Position numbers and translations under genes: made by a program
Source of the DNA: Lama guanicoe
Lineage: Eukaryota
NCBI GenBank assembly: GCA_013239625.1
Contig: MU053881.1
Span: forward strand, 15,802,373 to 15,866,372
Direction: 5' to 3'
Length of the DNA stretch: 64,000 bases
Shown: in pieces, positions 1 through 11,900 of the stretch
How positions within the stretch are numbered: position 1 is the stretch's first letter
How the letters are laid out: the number at the start of each line of letters is the position of its first letter
Notes under the pieces: model-generated
What the model was told of the DNA's origin: nothing
Databases searched by the model: none
Seen by the model: only the letters and a program-made list of their open reading frames with translations

Positions 1-400
1 GCACAGGTCATGGGCGGAGGGTCCCCATGCCTCCCTGGCCACACAGCCAAGGGGATTCAGACCCCACCTTTGGCCCCTGCCCCATGAGACCCCAAACCTG
101 GCCACACAGTCCAGGGAGGTTCTTCCTCCATACACCTTCTCTTAGCATGTGACTGCAAATGTGAAAACAAAATGCTGTTTGTTTGTTTGTTTGTTTGTTT
201 TAATTCCATCCCGTCAGTCTGGCATCTACAGATGCCCCCATTTCTCTGTAAATATGTGACTTGGAACAAATGTTTAAAACCAACGAGAAGTGGTCATGAA
301 TGCATGGTGTTGAGATGTTTTGCACTATTCTGACTTTTTGGTCTCTGTAAAAATATTTTATTAACAGCAGACATTAAAAAAAAAAGAAAAAGAAAAAGTA
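1..400 (+). other. UNC13A: Probable distal 3'UTR / 3' end of UNC13A, with (GTTT)n at ~176-200 and ATTAAA at ~373-378
   Basis: AT-rich UTR-like sequence ending in a poly(A)-signal variant. In mammalian synteny UNC13A is convergent with COLGALT1. No coding exon is in the window, so identity rests on synteny. Confidence 0.55.
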
Positions 401-1769
401 CATAGCCTTGGAAGCACAGTGGCCTCCTTGCGTTCCCATATTGGAAAACAAAAAACTCTCCGCTATGAGCAGCCGCTGGTTGAACATCCCTCCCACCCAG
501 GAGTGCAACTCCTTCACAACTATGCTCCCATTTTACAGAGAAGGAAAACAGTCTCAGAGAGGTGAAATATTTCAGAAGAGGCAGGGCCAAGATCCGAACC
601 CAGGATACTGGGTAGCTGTTGCTCTTAGTTCAAGCAAGTTAGGACACAACTGCCAGGGACCCACTCTCAAATTCAACCCCCACCCCGATATTTGTCTGGG
701 GGTTTTGTTTCGTGTTTTTGATGTGGCAGGTGAAAATCTCATTTCATCATTTTGGCTGTGCAAAGAATGAAGCTCCATTTTTCTCCAGCTGAAGCTGACT
801 TCTCTTTTGAGCCCCCATCCCACCAGGGAGCAGAAATGAAATCTCACTCAGCTTCATTCCTCAGTAAAAATTCAGTGTTACACCTCCTAAGATCTGAAGT
901 TGTTTCTACACTTGAGCTGCCAGGGCAGGGGCAGTGGGATCCCCCACAGGAAGTGAATTAGATGAGTGCTTTGGGCTGCAAGTAACAGCCAAAAGAGTTC
1001 AAAGTAGAAGAAAAAGTGGGTAAACCACAGGGGTAACCCATAACTCAGCAACTCTGCCCTCAGGAGACTCTCACACGTGGGCAAGGCTGGAAGCAGCCTC
1101 AGTGTCAAGGTATCTTCTTATGGGGGGACTATTCTACAGCTGTGGAATGGATAAACCACAGGCGTCTGCATGGCTAAGAAGATGCAGCCCACCAGGGGCC
1201 CTGAGCACCCCTGCACTTCCTTGCTGACTGTGCCAGGCTGCAGACCTGTCTTTCTTCTGAGACTGAGCAGTTTCCAGAGCTAAGCACATAGGCTGCACAG
1301 CATGACTTCTGTGTAACTGATCCCCAACAGAGGGAAACTGATCTGCTTGCTGCTTTCTACAAAAGGTGCTCATCCCTTGGCCCTGTGTCCCTCAGCATTT
1401 GGGGTCTGGGGTGTCAACCACAGGGCATGGGAACTGAGGCTCATGCTGCTTGCTGCACTGCAAGAAATAAACCATCTTGCTCTGATCCACTGAGTCCCAC
1501 AGTGGACTCCACACCTACAGACTAGAGACAGGCTGGCTTCTGCTGTGCTCTATGAAGTGAGGTCCTTCATTCTGACAGATGTCATGAATAAAGTATGATG
1601 TTGAGTGAAGGAAGAAAAGAAAAAAAAAGAAAGTCCCAGAAAGCTGCAAAGAGCAAAATACCATATTTATAAAGCTCAAAAGTCATACAAGATACACCTA
1701 CAGAGATTTCATGTAAGGATATATAAGTGTGATTAATTTCTTAAAAAGCACAAAATTAAGGATTAAAAA

Positions 1770-2530
1770 CTCAAAGATTCTACCTCACACACATCAGGCT
1801 ACTATTAAAAGAACAGAAAACAAGTGTTGGCGAAGATGTGGAGAAATTGGAGCCCCTGTGCATCACTTGTGAGAATGTAAAATGGTATGGCTGCTGTGGA
1901 AAACAATATGGAGGTGCCTCCAAAAATTAAAAATAGAATGACCAAATGATCCAGCAATTTCACTACTGGATATATGCCACAAAGAAATGAAATCAGGGCC
2001 TCAAAAAGATATGTGTATACCCATGTTCATAGCAATATTATTCACAATAGCCAAAACATGGAAGAAAACCGAGTGTTCAACAGAAGAATGGGTAAGCAAA
2101 ATGTGGTCTGTCCATTCAATGGAATATTATTCAGCCTTAAAAAGGAAAGAAACTCTGCAATATGCTACAGTTGGCTGAAACTTGAGGACATTATACTGAG
2201 TGAAATCAGTTAGTCACAAAAAGGCCAATAGTGTATGATTGCATTTTATATGAAGTACTCAAGAATAATCAAAATTGTAGAGACAGAAAGTATAATGGTG
2301 GTTTTAAGGGGCTGGGGAGAAGGAGGAAGGGGGAGTTAGTATTTAATAGGTACAGAATTTCAGTTTTACAAATGAAAAGAGTTATGGGGATGGATGGTGG
2401 TGATGGTGGTAACAAAAGGTGAACACATTTAATGCCACTGAAATGTACACTGAAAAATAGTTAAGATGGTAAATTTTAGGTTATGTGTAATCTAATGCAA
2501 TTTTAAAAATTGAGGATTGAAAAAAAGAGA
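1770..2530 (+). mobile_element. L1 (L1MA/MB-like) ORF2 end and 3'UTR fragment
   Basis: GATCCAGCAATTTCACTACTGG, CATTATACTGAGTGAAATCAG and AAGATGGTAAATTTTAGGTTATG motifs. Confidence 0.85.
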
Positions 2531-3294
2531 AACACAAAACCAAGGGCAGTGGTTGTCTTGGGGAGTGGGCAAAGCAGGGGAGGTGGGAGCAGGGAGTAGG
2601 GTAAGTGTGTGTGATGATGATGAATAGCTGGTGCTTCCGTGGGCAGTGACCTTAAACTTTATTTGATAATGCACAATATATATTTTTGTGATAAAGGCCG
2701 CTAGTTACCACTCAGCTGGTTAAAATTCCCCCTCAACACTTTTTTCATCCCTTCTTTAGTATAACAATAGAAGCTTTATTTGTGGACATAGCTAGCCAAA
2801 CAAAGACTACATTTCCCAGCCTCCCTTGCAGCTACATGCAGTCGTGTGACAATCTCTAGCCAATAGGATGTACGCAGAAGCCACATGAACAAAACCAAGT
2901 CATACCTTTAAAAGGAGGGCTAGCTAGGCAGGCCCAAGTTTGGACAGAGCTTACTGTCTTTTCTGTCTCTACTGGCCTTTTTCTCAGTCCCAGGATGGCT
3001 GCCAAAGCTCCAAAACTCCATCCATCTACATTTCTTCTTATCAGGTGAAGTTTTCCAGAAGTCCCCTTTTGCAAATCATGTGCCAAAACTTGGTCACATG
3101 CAAACACCTAAACCAATCACTGAGAAGGGAGATGGGTCACCATAGTCTGTGTAGACCAATCAAGGCTCACCTTTAGGGCTGGTTCCCATCTCCCACCAGG
3201 CTACCCAGCCCATGAAGCAAAATGGTGGCTCCTGGGTAAACAGTTCCCAGTGTCACCTATGTTCATTGTCCTTGCTCCACACTGGAATGGCTAC

Positions 3295-3748
3295 TGTATT
3301 AGTTACCTATTGCTGTGCAACAAATTGCCCAAACATAGCAATTTAGGACAACAAATATTTACCATCTCATGCTCTGCCTCAAAGTCTCATGCTGGCTGCA
3401 ATCAAAATGTTGGCCAAAGCTGCAAAAGCTTAATTGTGGGAGAAGCTGCCTCCCAGTTCACTCGTGTGGTTGTCGGCAGAATGGCTCTCTTCACTGGCTG
3501 TCAGCTGGGGGCTGTCCTCAGTTTCTCCACAGGGCAGCTCACAGCATGGCAGCTGGTTTCATCAGAAAGAGGAAGACAGAGTTCCCAGTCTTGTAGCCTA
3601 ATCTTGGAAGTGGTTTCTGATTACTTTTGCCATAATCTATTGGGTAGAAGGGAGTCATTATGTACAGCCCACATCAAGGGGAAGAGACTACACAGGGGCT
3701 TGAAGACCAGTCAGAGAAGATTGGGGGCCATTTTGGAGGTTCCCTAAA
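3295..3748 (-). mobile_element. MLT1-family (ERVL-MaLR) LTR
   Basis: TGTATTAGTTACCTATTGCTGTGCAACAAATTGCCCAAAC terminus. Confidence 0.7.
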
Positions 3749-3914
3749 TATGGTCATACTCCCCGTGGTTTCAAATTTCTGCCCTGACCCTGAGGCCTAT
3801 GATGAGGCTTTGGGTTTTGAGCCTATAGCATTTTTGTCTGCTTTTTCTGCTGAAACAAATATATTGGGACTGAATGATAATATAGCACAATCTGAGATCA
3901 GAAATAAGATGAAA

Positions 3915-4160
3915 GGGGGTGGAGAAGGGTCAACTAGGGGTTTGGGATTAACAGATACATGCTACTATAGATAAAATAGATAAACAATCAGGACTTACTG
4001 GGTAGCCGAGGGAACTATATTCAATATCTTGCAATAACCTATAATGGAAAAGAATCTGAAAAAGTATATGTGTGTATATATATACAGCAAACTGAATCAC
4101 TTGGCTGTACACCTGAAACAAATACAACATTGTAAATCAACTATACTTCAGTTTTAAAAA
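3915..4160 (+). mobile_element. Artiodactyl-type L1 3' end fragment
   Basis: GGGAACTATATTCAATATCTTG...TGTAAATCAACTATACTTC; the same family recurs at 14460, 15680 and 18270. Confidence 0.8.
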
Positions 4161-4185
4161 TTTTGACAGGCAGTCAACAAGGTAG

Positions 4186-4735
4186 TGTTAGCAAACTCAA
4201 GTTCAGCTGCTCGCCTCTCAAAAGCCAATAATTGAGAGGCAAGTGTCAATAGAAAGGAAAGATACTTTAATCAGAAAAGCTGGCAATCTGGGTAGAAAGT
4301 GGACTCATATCCTGAGACCAATTCCAAAGATTCTGCGCAGCCATGACAGTTTTTAAAAGGGAAAAGGCAGGGAAGAATCTCAGTGAATCATCAAGGCAAG
4401 ATGTTGGTCTCTGCATCATTCTCCCTTGTAGGCAAACTGGCTGGCTCTCTCTTCAGATGTTATCTTGGCCATGTGATCTGCCTGCCGGATTGCTAAGAGG
4501 GCTGTTGGGGCTAGAGAGCTACTCATCCTTTAACTATTTAATTCTTCGTTCTTACTTCTTTCAATCTAGGGAAAGAACCAATGGGTTAGGAACCTGAATA
4601 GTGTGCACTCAGGAGAGCATAAGTCAGGACTTAGGTTGACTTGCCTAGTGATCTCGTTCCTATAATTAGATTCTTTCAAGGATAGAAGGGAACAGAAATA
4701 GCAAGCAGGCAAAGGGCAAAGGAGTTCCTTTCAAT
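4186..4735. mobile_element. Probable ERV1-like solo LTR
   Basis: TGTTAGCAAACTCAAGTTCAGCTGCTCGCC...GCCAATAA start; no clear TSD. Confidence 0.45.
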
Positions 4736-5444
4736 TTCCCCTCCTGTTTCTCCCAACTTCTCCCAACCTTGGGCAAAATTCTAGCACCATCCGTACACCC
4801 ATCCCATCCTCCATTGTCGCCTGAATCCTCCAGCCCAGCTTTTACCCCATCCTCCCTTCAACTGCTATAATACCACCCCGCATTTACCCAGGCCTCTTCA
4901 TCTTGACACCTGCCGCATGGCAGGATCACCCAGAGAACACCAACAAGATGCACATGTAGTTCCTGGAGGGTGTAACACAATTTTGTGATTCATGATCTCT
5001 GTAAGATCACATTTCATTACATAATTTGTTATATTGCATTATAATTACTCTGCTCCTAACCCTGCAATTACACAGACTGGTTTCTGTGATTATGCACCCT
5101 GCAGTTACACACTCATTCTCACCAACACCACAACGTAGAGTCATTAATGAAGGGGAGTGGTGGGTTGACGTCTGGCCCTGCCCCTACCCAACCCCTTTCT
5201 GGACAGAGGCTGCAAAGTGGCAACCACGCTCTGAGACGACCCTGCAGCTGCGCTTGTGCTCGGGTCCACCGGCCAGAGGTGCCCCGGGGAGCCCCGGGGG
5301 AGTTTGGAAGGCAGAAGGAACTGGAGCTGTCTTGGTTTTGCTTCCTTTTAAGTCTGCCAGTAGCCGGGCATGGAAGCATCGGAAATCTTGGAAGCCAAAT
5401 TCCCTTGTTCAGTCACAAGTCTGGAGGGCACTGAAAAGCAATTG

Positions 5445-5590
5445 TGGTGGTGGTGGTGGTGGTGGGGTATAGCTCAAGTGGTAGAGCGCATGCTTAGCAT
5501 GCATGAGGTCCTGGGTTTTTAATTATTTAAAAGAAAATAATTAAAAATATATAAACCTAATTACCTCCCCCCACCAAGGGAAAAAAAAAA
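5445..5590 (+). mobile_element. tRNA-Ala-derived camelid SINE (vic-1 type), internally deleted, with (GGT)n head
   Basis: GGTATAGCTCAAGTGGTAGAGCGCATGCTTAGCATGC...AAACCTAATTACCTCCCC; TSD AAAAGCA(A/G)TTG. Confidence 0.88.
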
Positions 5591-5896
5591 AGCAGTTGGA
5601 GTGATGGAGGCAAAGGCAGCACCCTATTCTCACCAGTTCTGTTCTGTGGAGTCATTCCACTAGGAATGTTCTAGAACGAAGGAAGTGGTCCTCCCAGAGG
5701 TTCAGAGAACAAAGGAGATCTCAGAGTTAGATAACTGGGTGGGGGCATTGAAATAAAACTCAGATCCCCGGGTACCACCTCCAAGCTTCTTCTGTCTGGA
5801 GGTAGAGCCTGAGAATCTATGTTTTAATCAGAAACATTTCGTAGCAAAGGAAACTTCACCTTATGCCACAAAGAAGACCCTTCTAGAGAATTGGGT

Positions 5897-6097
5897 GTAG
5901 GGATTTTCCACCTTGGCACTGTGGACTTTTGGGGTCAGATCATTCTTTGTTACGGGGACACCCTGTGCACTGCAGGGTGTTTAGCGTCTGTCCACTAGAT
6001 GCCAGTAGCTCCCACTCCCTCGTGACAATCAGAAATGTCTCCAGATATGGCCAAATGTCCCGGAGGGACAAAATCATCCCTAGTTGAGATCCACTAG
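5897..6097 (-). mobile_element. MER20 (hAT-Charlie)
   Basis: CCACTAGATGCCAGTAGC...AATGTCTCCAGATATGGCCAAATGTCCC. Confidence 0.8.
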
Positions 6098-6859
6098 GTT
6101 AAAATAAGATTTGGGAAAATCACATGTAATTGTGACACATGAGAAAGCACTGCAATGTTCTATGAGAGGGGACTGGTTAATAAACTCAGATCATCCACCC
6201 TGGTAGAGACATGATCAATAGTTAGGGTTTAACAAGTAGAGTAAATATGGCAGCCTCTACTGAAACTTCAAGTGCGCCTTTCTGTTAGCCCAGTGATCCC
6301 ACCCGTAGCAACTGTATCAACTGAAATAAAAACTTCCAGTAGGAAAGATATACAATGCTGTTGTTCACTGCCAGGTTGTGATAGTCTTAAATCAGGAATG
6401 TCAAGTAAACACTAGTCCACCCTGACTATGGTACATTGTGTGTAACGATCCAAAAAGAGCTGGTAGCCATCTGCGTGGATTAGGATGTCCACAATACGGT
6501 GTTAAATTTAAAAAGAAAATTGCTGGAAAAACAGGTACAATATTGATCCGTTTATGAAATTTAAATGTGTTATGTGGAAGAAAAAAAAAAGCATGTTGTA
6601 ACTGAGTTTACGTAACATGAATCTGCTTTTAAAAACACGTATATATATTTGTACCATGCAAATGGGTCAGACTGAAAGGTTTTTCCAAAATGTTAAGAGT
6701 TGTTGTCTCTGAGGATGTGGGATTTAAATTTGCTTTTCTGGTTTGCTTAGCTGTTTGTTCTCATTTCTTCATAAGGATCACACACCATCTGTTATTTTGT
6801 AAAAGCCTCAGATTTTACCCTGAGGGTTTAAGAATCCTGAGAATCCTTAGGTATTTGAC

Positions 6860-7121
6860 CCAGGAAATTCAAATGCTGTTGGGCATAGTAGATAAATGCC
6901 CCTCTCCCTCATCCCTGAGGTGGGACCACTCTGAAGTGTGTGCTCTAGGCTGTCCCCGGAGGTCCCCACGTGTTGGCATTAATTGCTCATTGGCGCCCCC
7001 TGCAGGGCGCCTTCCCTCTGCCACATGGGCCCGCCCCCATCCGAGCTTCCTGGAGTTGCTTCTTGGATCACTGAAGCCCTCATCGTGGGGTCTGTTTTCT
7101 GGGGACTCCAAACTATGGCAG
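6860..7121 (+). mobile_element. LTR16-like ERVL LTR fragment
   Basis: Ends GGGTCTGTTTTCTGGGGACTCCAAACTATGGCA. Confidence 0.55.
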
Positions 7122-7425
7122 CCCCTTTCCTCATTCTGTCATCTGAGACAATCCTGCAATTGACCCCGCAGGATAGAGGCTGACCATCTGTCGTCCCTGG
7201 GCTATTTTGGGGATGTTTTATGGGGCAGGCTGGGACACTAGGCTGTCACTCCATCCTCACCCCACACTCCCTCCACCAGCTGGCTTCTCTCCAGCACCTG
7301 GTTTCCTTGCACATCTTGGCCTGAATGGGGCGGGGACGCAGGGGCGTGTAGGCAGGGCACAGGCAGTGTGCAGAGCATCAGACCAAGAAGACAACACGGA
7401 TGTACGTGAAAACCAACCAGGAACA

Positions 7426-7431
7426 TTTAAT
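7426..7431 (-). terminator. COLGALT1: Likely COLGALT1 poly(A) signal ATTAAA (3'UTR ~1.3 kb)
   Basis: ATTAAA after a U-rich stretch, followed by a GU-rich downstream element (GTGTTGTCTTCTTGGTCT). Confidence 0.7.
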
Positions 7432-7940
7432 ACAAAAATAAGCAAGTTATCCAGGACCAGACCTGGACAGCAGTTATCCTTCAGAGAGTGAAGCACTGCT
7501 GGCCGGCTCCAACATTCGTTTCAGGCTGAAGGCACAGTGAGTCCTCCAGCCTGTTCCAAGGGATGTCCTGCCCAGGCTGGGGGTAGTGCCCCAGTGCAGC
7601 TCAGCCCACACCAAGCCCCAAACACATGATCCCACCAGAAGCTTGGACAGAGGAAAGCCATCAAGCAGGCAGAAACCACACCTGAGATGCAGGGCAGGGC
7701 GGTCAAGCAACTGGGACCAGAGGTGAGCGTGGGAGACCCCGCCCCCAGCTTCACCCCTCGCCCCCTCCAGGGGGGCTGGATCTAGGGGGGCTTACACAAG
7801 GACATGTGGTTGCTGGAACTCATGGCTGCCCCTGGGGAGGAAAGAGCCACCTCTGGGGATGTTGTCTGCACACAGCTTGTATGAAAGGGGCAGGGGATGA
7901 GGAATCCAATTCTGACAACCCCACCAGGAGTCCGTGAGGT

Positions 7941-8565
7941 CAGGCACACAGTAGGCACCCAATAAATGCTTACTGCGTGAAGAAGTGAAAGGACTCATCT
8001 AGTTCATCTCTGCGGCCCAGCACACCTGTGGGTGATAACACGCTGATGGAACAGCTGTCATCCTATTTTGTGTCCTGAGGGCCCGGCACACAGGAGGTGC
8101 TCTCTGGATGTGTGTGGGGAGAAACCAATTAAAGAGTGAAAAAGCACCTTGTTTATCTTCATCTCTAGCACCAAGCTCAGCTCCCAGCACACAGCAGGCA
8201 CTCCATAGGTGCACCGAGTCAATAATAACTTTTGTGTCTTGAGTACCAGGCACAGTGGGTACTCAATATGTATTTGGAGAAATGGAAAAAACTTGATCTC
8301 AATGTTCCCAGAGCCCAGGATGGTGCCCAGCATACAGCAGGCACTCAATAAATACTCAAATGAATTCAAACAGTGAATGGGGATCGCTAATGCCTGATTC
8401 TTGATGGGGGATCAATAATGCGTGATGACTGGATCAATCACTGATGGAGGGAATAATTATGCCTCATTCACTGCCGGAACACAGCAAGGGCACGCAAGGA
8501 GATGAATTGTTCCCACCCAGTCCACCTGTTCCTGGCATACAGTAGGAGCTCCATTAATGCTGCCT
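7941..8565 (+). repeat. Array of 7-8 degenerate L2 3'-tail units in the COLGALT1 3'UTR
   Basis: Recurrent CC(A/T)GCACACAG(T/C)AGGCACTCAATAAAT-like units. Confidence 0.65.
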
Positions 8566-8715
8566 ACGTGCAGGTGACTGCTGAGCAAGAGCCGGCTGGA
8601 TACCGCCCTGTAAGGGGAGTCCTCTGCAGCCTGCCAGGGATCCACAAGGGCCCCGCTGTCCCTGGCCAGCCTGTGATGGCTGCTTTGGCTTCTGGGCCAC
8701 CGCCCCTCAGAGCTC

Positions 8716-8983
8716 TCAGAGCTCGTCCCGGGCAGCGCTGTCCAGCGGGGACTGGAGCACATCTGAGTTCTTGGCCTCGCGGCTCAGGGCCTGCTGCTCC
8801 CGCATCTTCTGCGATTTGGCCCGGTCCCAGTCGGTCTTGACATGCTCATTGTTCCACACGACCGAGGTCTCCGTGTCGCTCACGTATCCATCGTCCCCCG
8901 TGTAGTGGGTCGGGTAGATGAGCAGGGGCTCCACGGAGAAGGCACGCAGGTCGCGGGGAGAGAAGTGGGCCTTGTACTCGGAC
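8716..8983 (-). CDS. COLGALT1: COLGALT1 exon 12 coding part ([27 protein letters not shown]...SAARDEL*)
   Basis: ctgcag| acceptor; TGA at 8716-8718; RDEL ER-retrieval signal. Confidence 0.97.
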
Positions 8984-11900
8984 CTGCAGGGGAGGAGGGC
9001 GCGGGGGCAGCAGTGGGTCAGGGGAAGGGCCAGATGGAGGGAGAAGTGGGTGGTGGAGGGACAGATGGAGACAGCAGTGGGCGGCGGCGGGACACGTGAA
9101 GGAAGAAGCGAGCAGAGGAAAAGACACTTCCCAGGGAGCCGCGAGCCTCTCGCCTCCTCCCAGGACAGCTACACAGCCAGAGTCCAGCCCGCCTGCCCCC
9201 GCGAGCCCCGCTCACACTGGGTGCTTGTCGAACATGACCGGCAGGAATTCGTCTACAGGCAGCATCTTGGAGAGCGGCCCAGCGGCCAGCAGCTTGCGGG
9301 CGCCTTGCAGGGAGATCACGTAGGCCAGTGTCCAGTACGAGTAGTCAGCCTCTACCAGGTTCCTCACGTGGGGCACAGCCTTCTCGGGGTGCTCCACCTG
9401 CATCCGCTTCCGGCCCACGTAACTGGGGTGCAGGATGGGGGGCCCGTCACCTTCCTTCCGCTTGCCCGCCCGCCCAAGAATGCTAACCCAGAAAGTCAGG
9501 GATGGAGTGAGCCCGTCAGGCCCTGGTCGGGGGGTCGCGCGGGGATCTGGAGCAATGAGGAGGCTGGTGTGACTAGACCAGGGAACAGCAGGACCACAGG
9601 GGTCGGGGGCCTGCAGGGAGGAGAGTGGATTTTTTGAGGGCCCTCAGGAGGATGTGGGCAGGATCCTGCAGCTGGGGAGGGCAGGATGCCTGGACATTCT
9701 CTGAGGCTGGGTCACAGGCAGGAGACCAGGGCTGAGAGGGAAGCTGCTGTGGGTTGAGAGCTGGGGGGCAGGCAGGAAGGTGAGGGGATATGGCGAGTGG
9801 TCAGGAAGGAAGGGGTGCAGGGACTATTCATATTACTAGCACAGTCCTGAGTCTGAGCTCCATCAAGCCCCAAGGCTTCTGGCCTCGCTCCCAAGCCATG
9901 ACCACACCCACCCCAGACCACGCCCCCAAATTCCTTAGCCACGCCCACAGGCTTCCTGGTCAAATCTCAATTATACTTTCCACCCCTACAGGCTCTGAGC
10001 CTGAAGGAGCCTGCAGCTTCTGCCAGGTCCCTAGACTTCCAGGGCAAGAATAAGTCCTCCTGCCAAGCTCCCTATTAACCTGCAAAGGCCCTCAGACCTA
10101 GAGGCTCTAGGCCACACCGCTGAGTTCTGGCCCCACCCAGGCCCCACTCACATGAGGTCCCAGTCCAGATCCTCCCGCTCCACATCCCGCATAAGGTTCA
10201 TCAGGCGCCTCTTGAAGAAGATCTCGAAGCGCAAATCGTCCTCAAACACGAGTGATTTCTGCAGCCCACGGTCCACAACCTGACAGGAGAGGACCCACTG
10301 AGATCTTAGAGAAACCAAGGCCAGGCGTGACCCTTAAGTCAGTTCTGCTAAAAAGCTCTGGAGCACCAGAAGAAAAGCAAACATCGCCCCCTCCAAGTTC
10401 GGATCTATCTCCTGGCCAAAGCCTCCTCCCTGCCGCCTGGCAGCCTCAGCCCGGCTGCTCCTTCCCACCCCAGGGCCTGAGCCTGTGCCGTGCCTTTGAC
10501 ACAGAGCACCCTTCCCCCAGACAGTAGCGGGCAGACTCCCTCTCACCCTTCAGGCCTCAACTCAAATGTCACCCACCCAAGAGGTCCTCCATGACTATCA
10601 GCCAAAGCTGCTAGTTAAGGGTAATTCATAACCCTCGGGCCTCTCAAGTAGGTGTCTCTCACTTATTTCATTGTTCATTTCTTTGTGGTTTATCATCAGA
10701 CTCCCTACTTCCCAGGACTGTGGGCCCCCTGTGGGGGCTGGGTCTGTCTGGGTGGCTGTTGTGTGTCCCCAGCACCAGCACCAGGCGAGGCTCACAGTAA
10801 GTGCTTGGCAAATATTCCCTGGATGAATTAACCTGAGCATCTTCACAACTGACCATGAAGCTGTGACTCCATCATCTGGGGAAACAGGCTCAGATTGGGA
10901 AGTGACTTCCTTGTTCACAGAGCTCACCCCTCTCAGAGGCAGGGCTAGACTTGAACCGAAGTACCCCCTGGCTCCAAGGCCACCTGGACACCACAACCTC
11001 TGCCCCACACCTTCCATGATGAATCTCAGAAAAGGAGGGCAACCTGGCTGGGCACCTGTCACCTCAAATGCCAAATTCCCCATCTAGCCTCACGCCTGAT
11101 AGTCCCAGGTTCAAATCCCAGCCTGGCATCCTTGCCCATCACAGTCTCTTCCTCCAAAGGTGTCTGATGAGCCTCTGGGGCTAATGAGGTACAACCAGGT
11201 GGGGTCTGCATTAGTTAACGTCAACATGGCTGTTACTCCTACTAGTAAGCTTTGAGCATGGAGCCCAGGCTCTAGGTATTTGACAGCGGCCGAGCCTGAA
11301 GCAGCCTTGGACCCCACCTCTTTTGAAAGCCAGGTTCGTGGCTCCCCAGACTCGGTCTCCACATCTGCACAGGGGAAGGACAGCAGCTGCCCTCTCCAGG
11401 CTTCAGGTGATACATTCACTGAAGTCAGGCCCTGTGTCCTGCTGCATTTCTGGAAGCCTGCCTGGGATGCTGGTGATTCCCTCACACGAGCTGTTAAGTA
11501 GCCCCCTTGCAGGACCCACCTCCTTCCAGATGTTATAGTGGCTGAGGAAGCAGCCCAGCTCGCCCTTGGTGAGGGGCCGCCCGTGATAGGGGTCCCGGTA
11601 ACCGGGCAGCATCTGGATGCCCAGTGCCTCCACCTGGCTGGTGTTCATGGCTCTGCAAGAGGAAAAAGGAGGGGGTCAGTGGAAGATGCTCTCTGTCTGG
11701 GATTCCACCATTAGTGCTCCCTTCCCTCTTTCACCACTGGCACCCTGCCAGGACCCAACATGGCCAGGCCGGCCAGGGCGTGGATTATGCGCATGCGCAG
11801 ACCTGCCAGCACCCCCTGGCAGGGTCAGACTCCCAGTCCCTCCAGCACCCCCACCAGCGTGGTCTACACCCACACACGGAGCCACCCCTCCCCCACTGGG

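Larger units (their letters stand above)
8700..9550. promoter_or_regulatory. CpG-rich region over COLGALT1 exons 11-12 (3' intragenic island)
   Basis: Visibly elevated CpG, including in the intron. Confidence 0.5.

Noticed and set aside
5663..5677. Three-unit heat-shock element gGAAtgTTCtaGAAc
   Set aside because: Isolated intergenic match among repeat remnants, far from any promoter; a chance occurrence is plausible.
7941..8565. CRISPR-like repeat-spacer periodicity
   Set aside because: Eukaryotic 3'UTR; the units are degenerate L2 tails with irregular spacing, and there are no cas genes.
8918..9637. 239-aa plus-strand ORF
   Set aside because: Antisense to COLGALT1 exons 11-12 in CpG-rich DNA; expected by chance.
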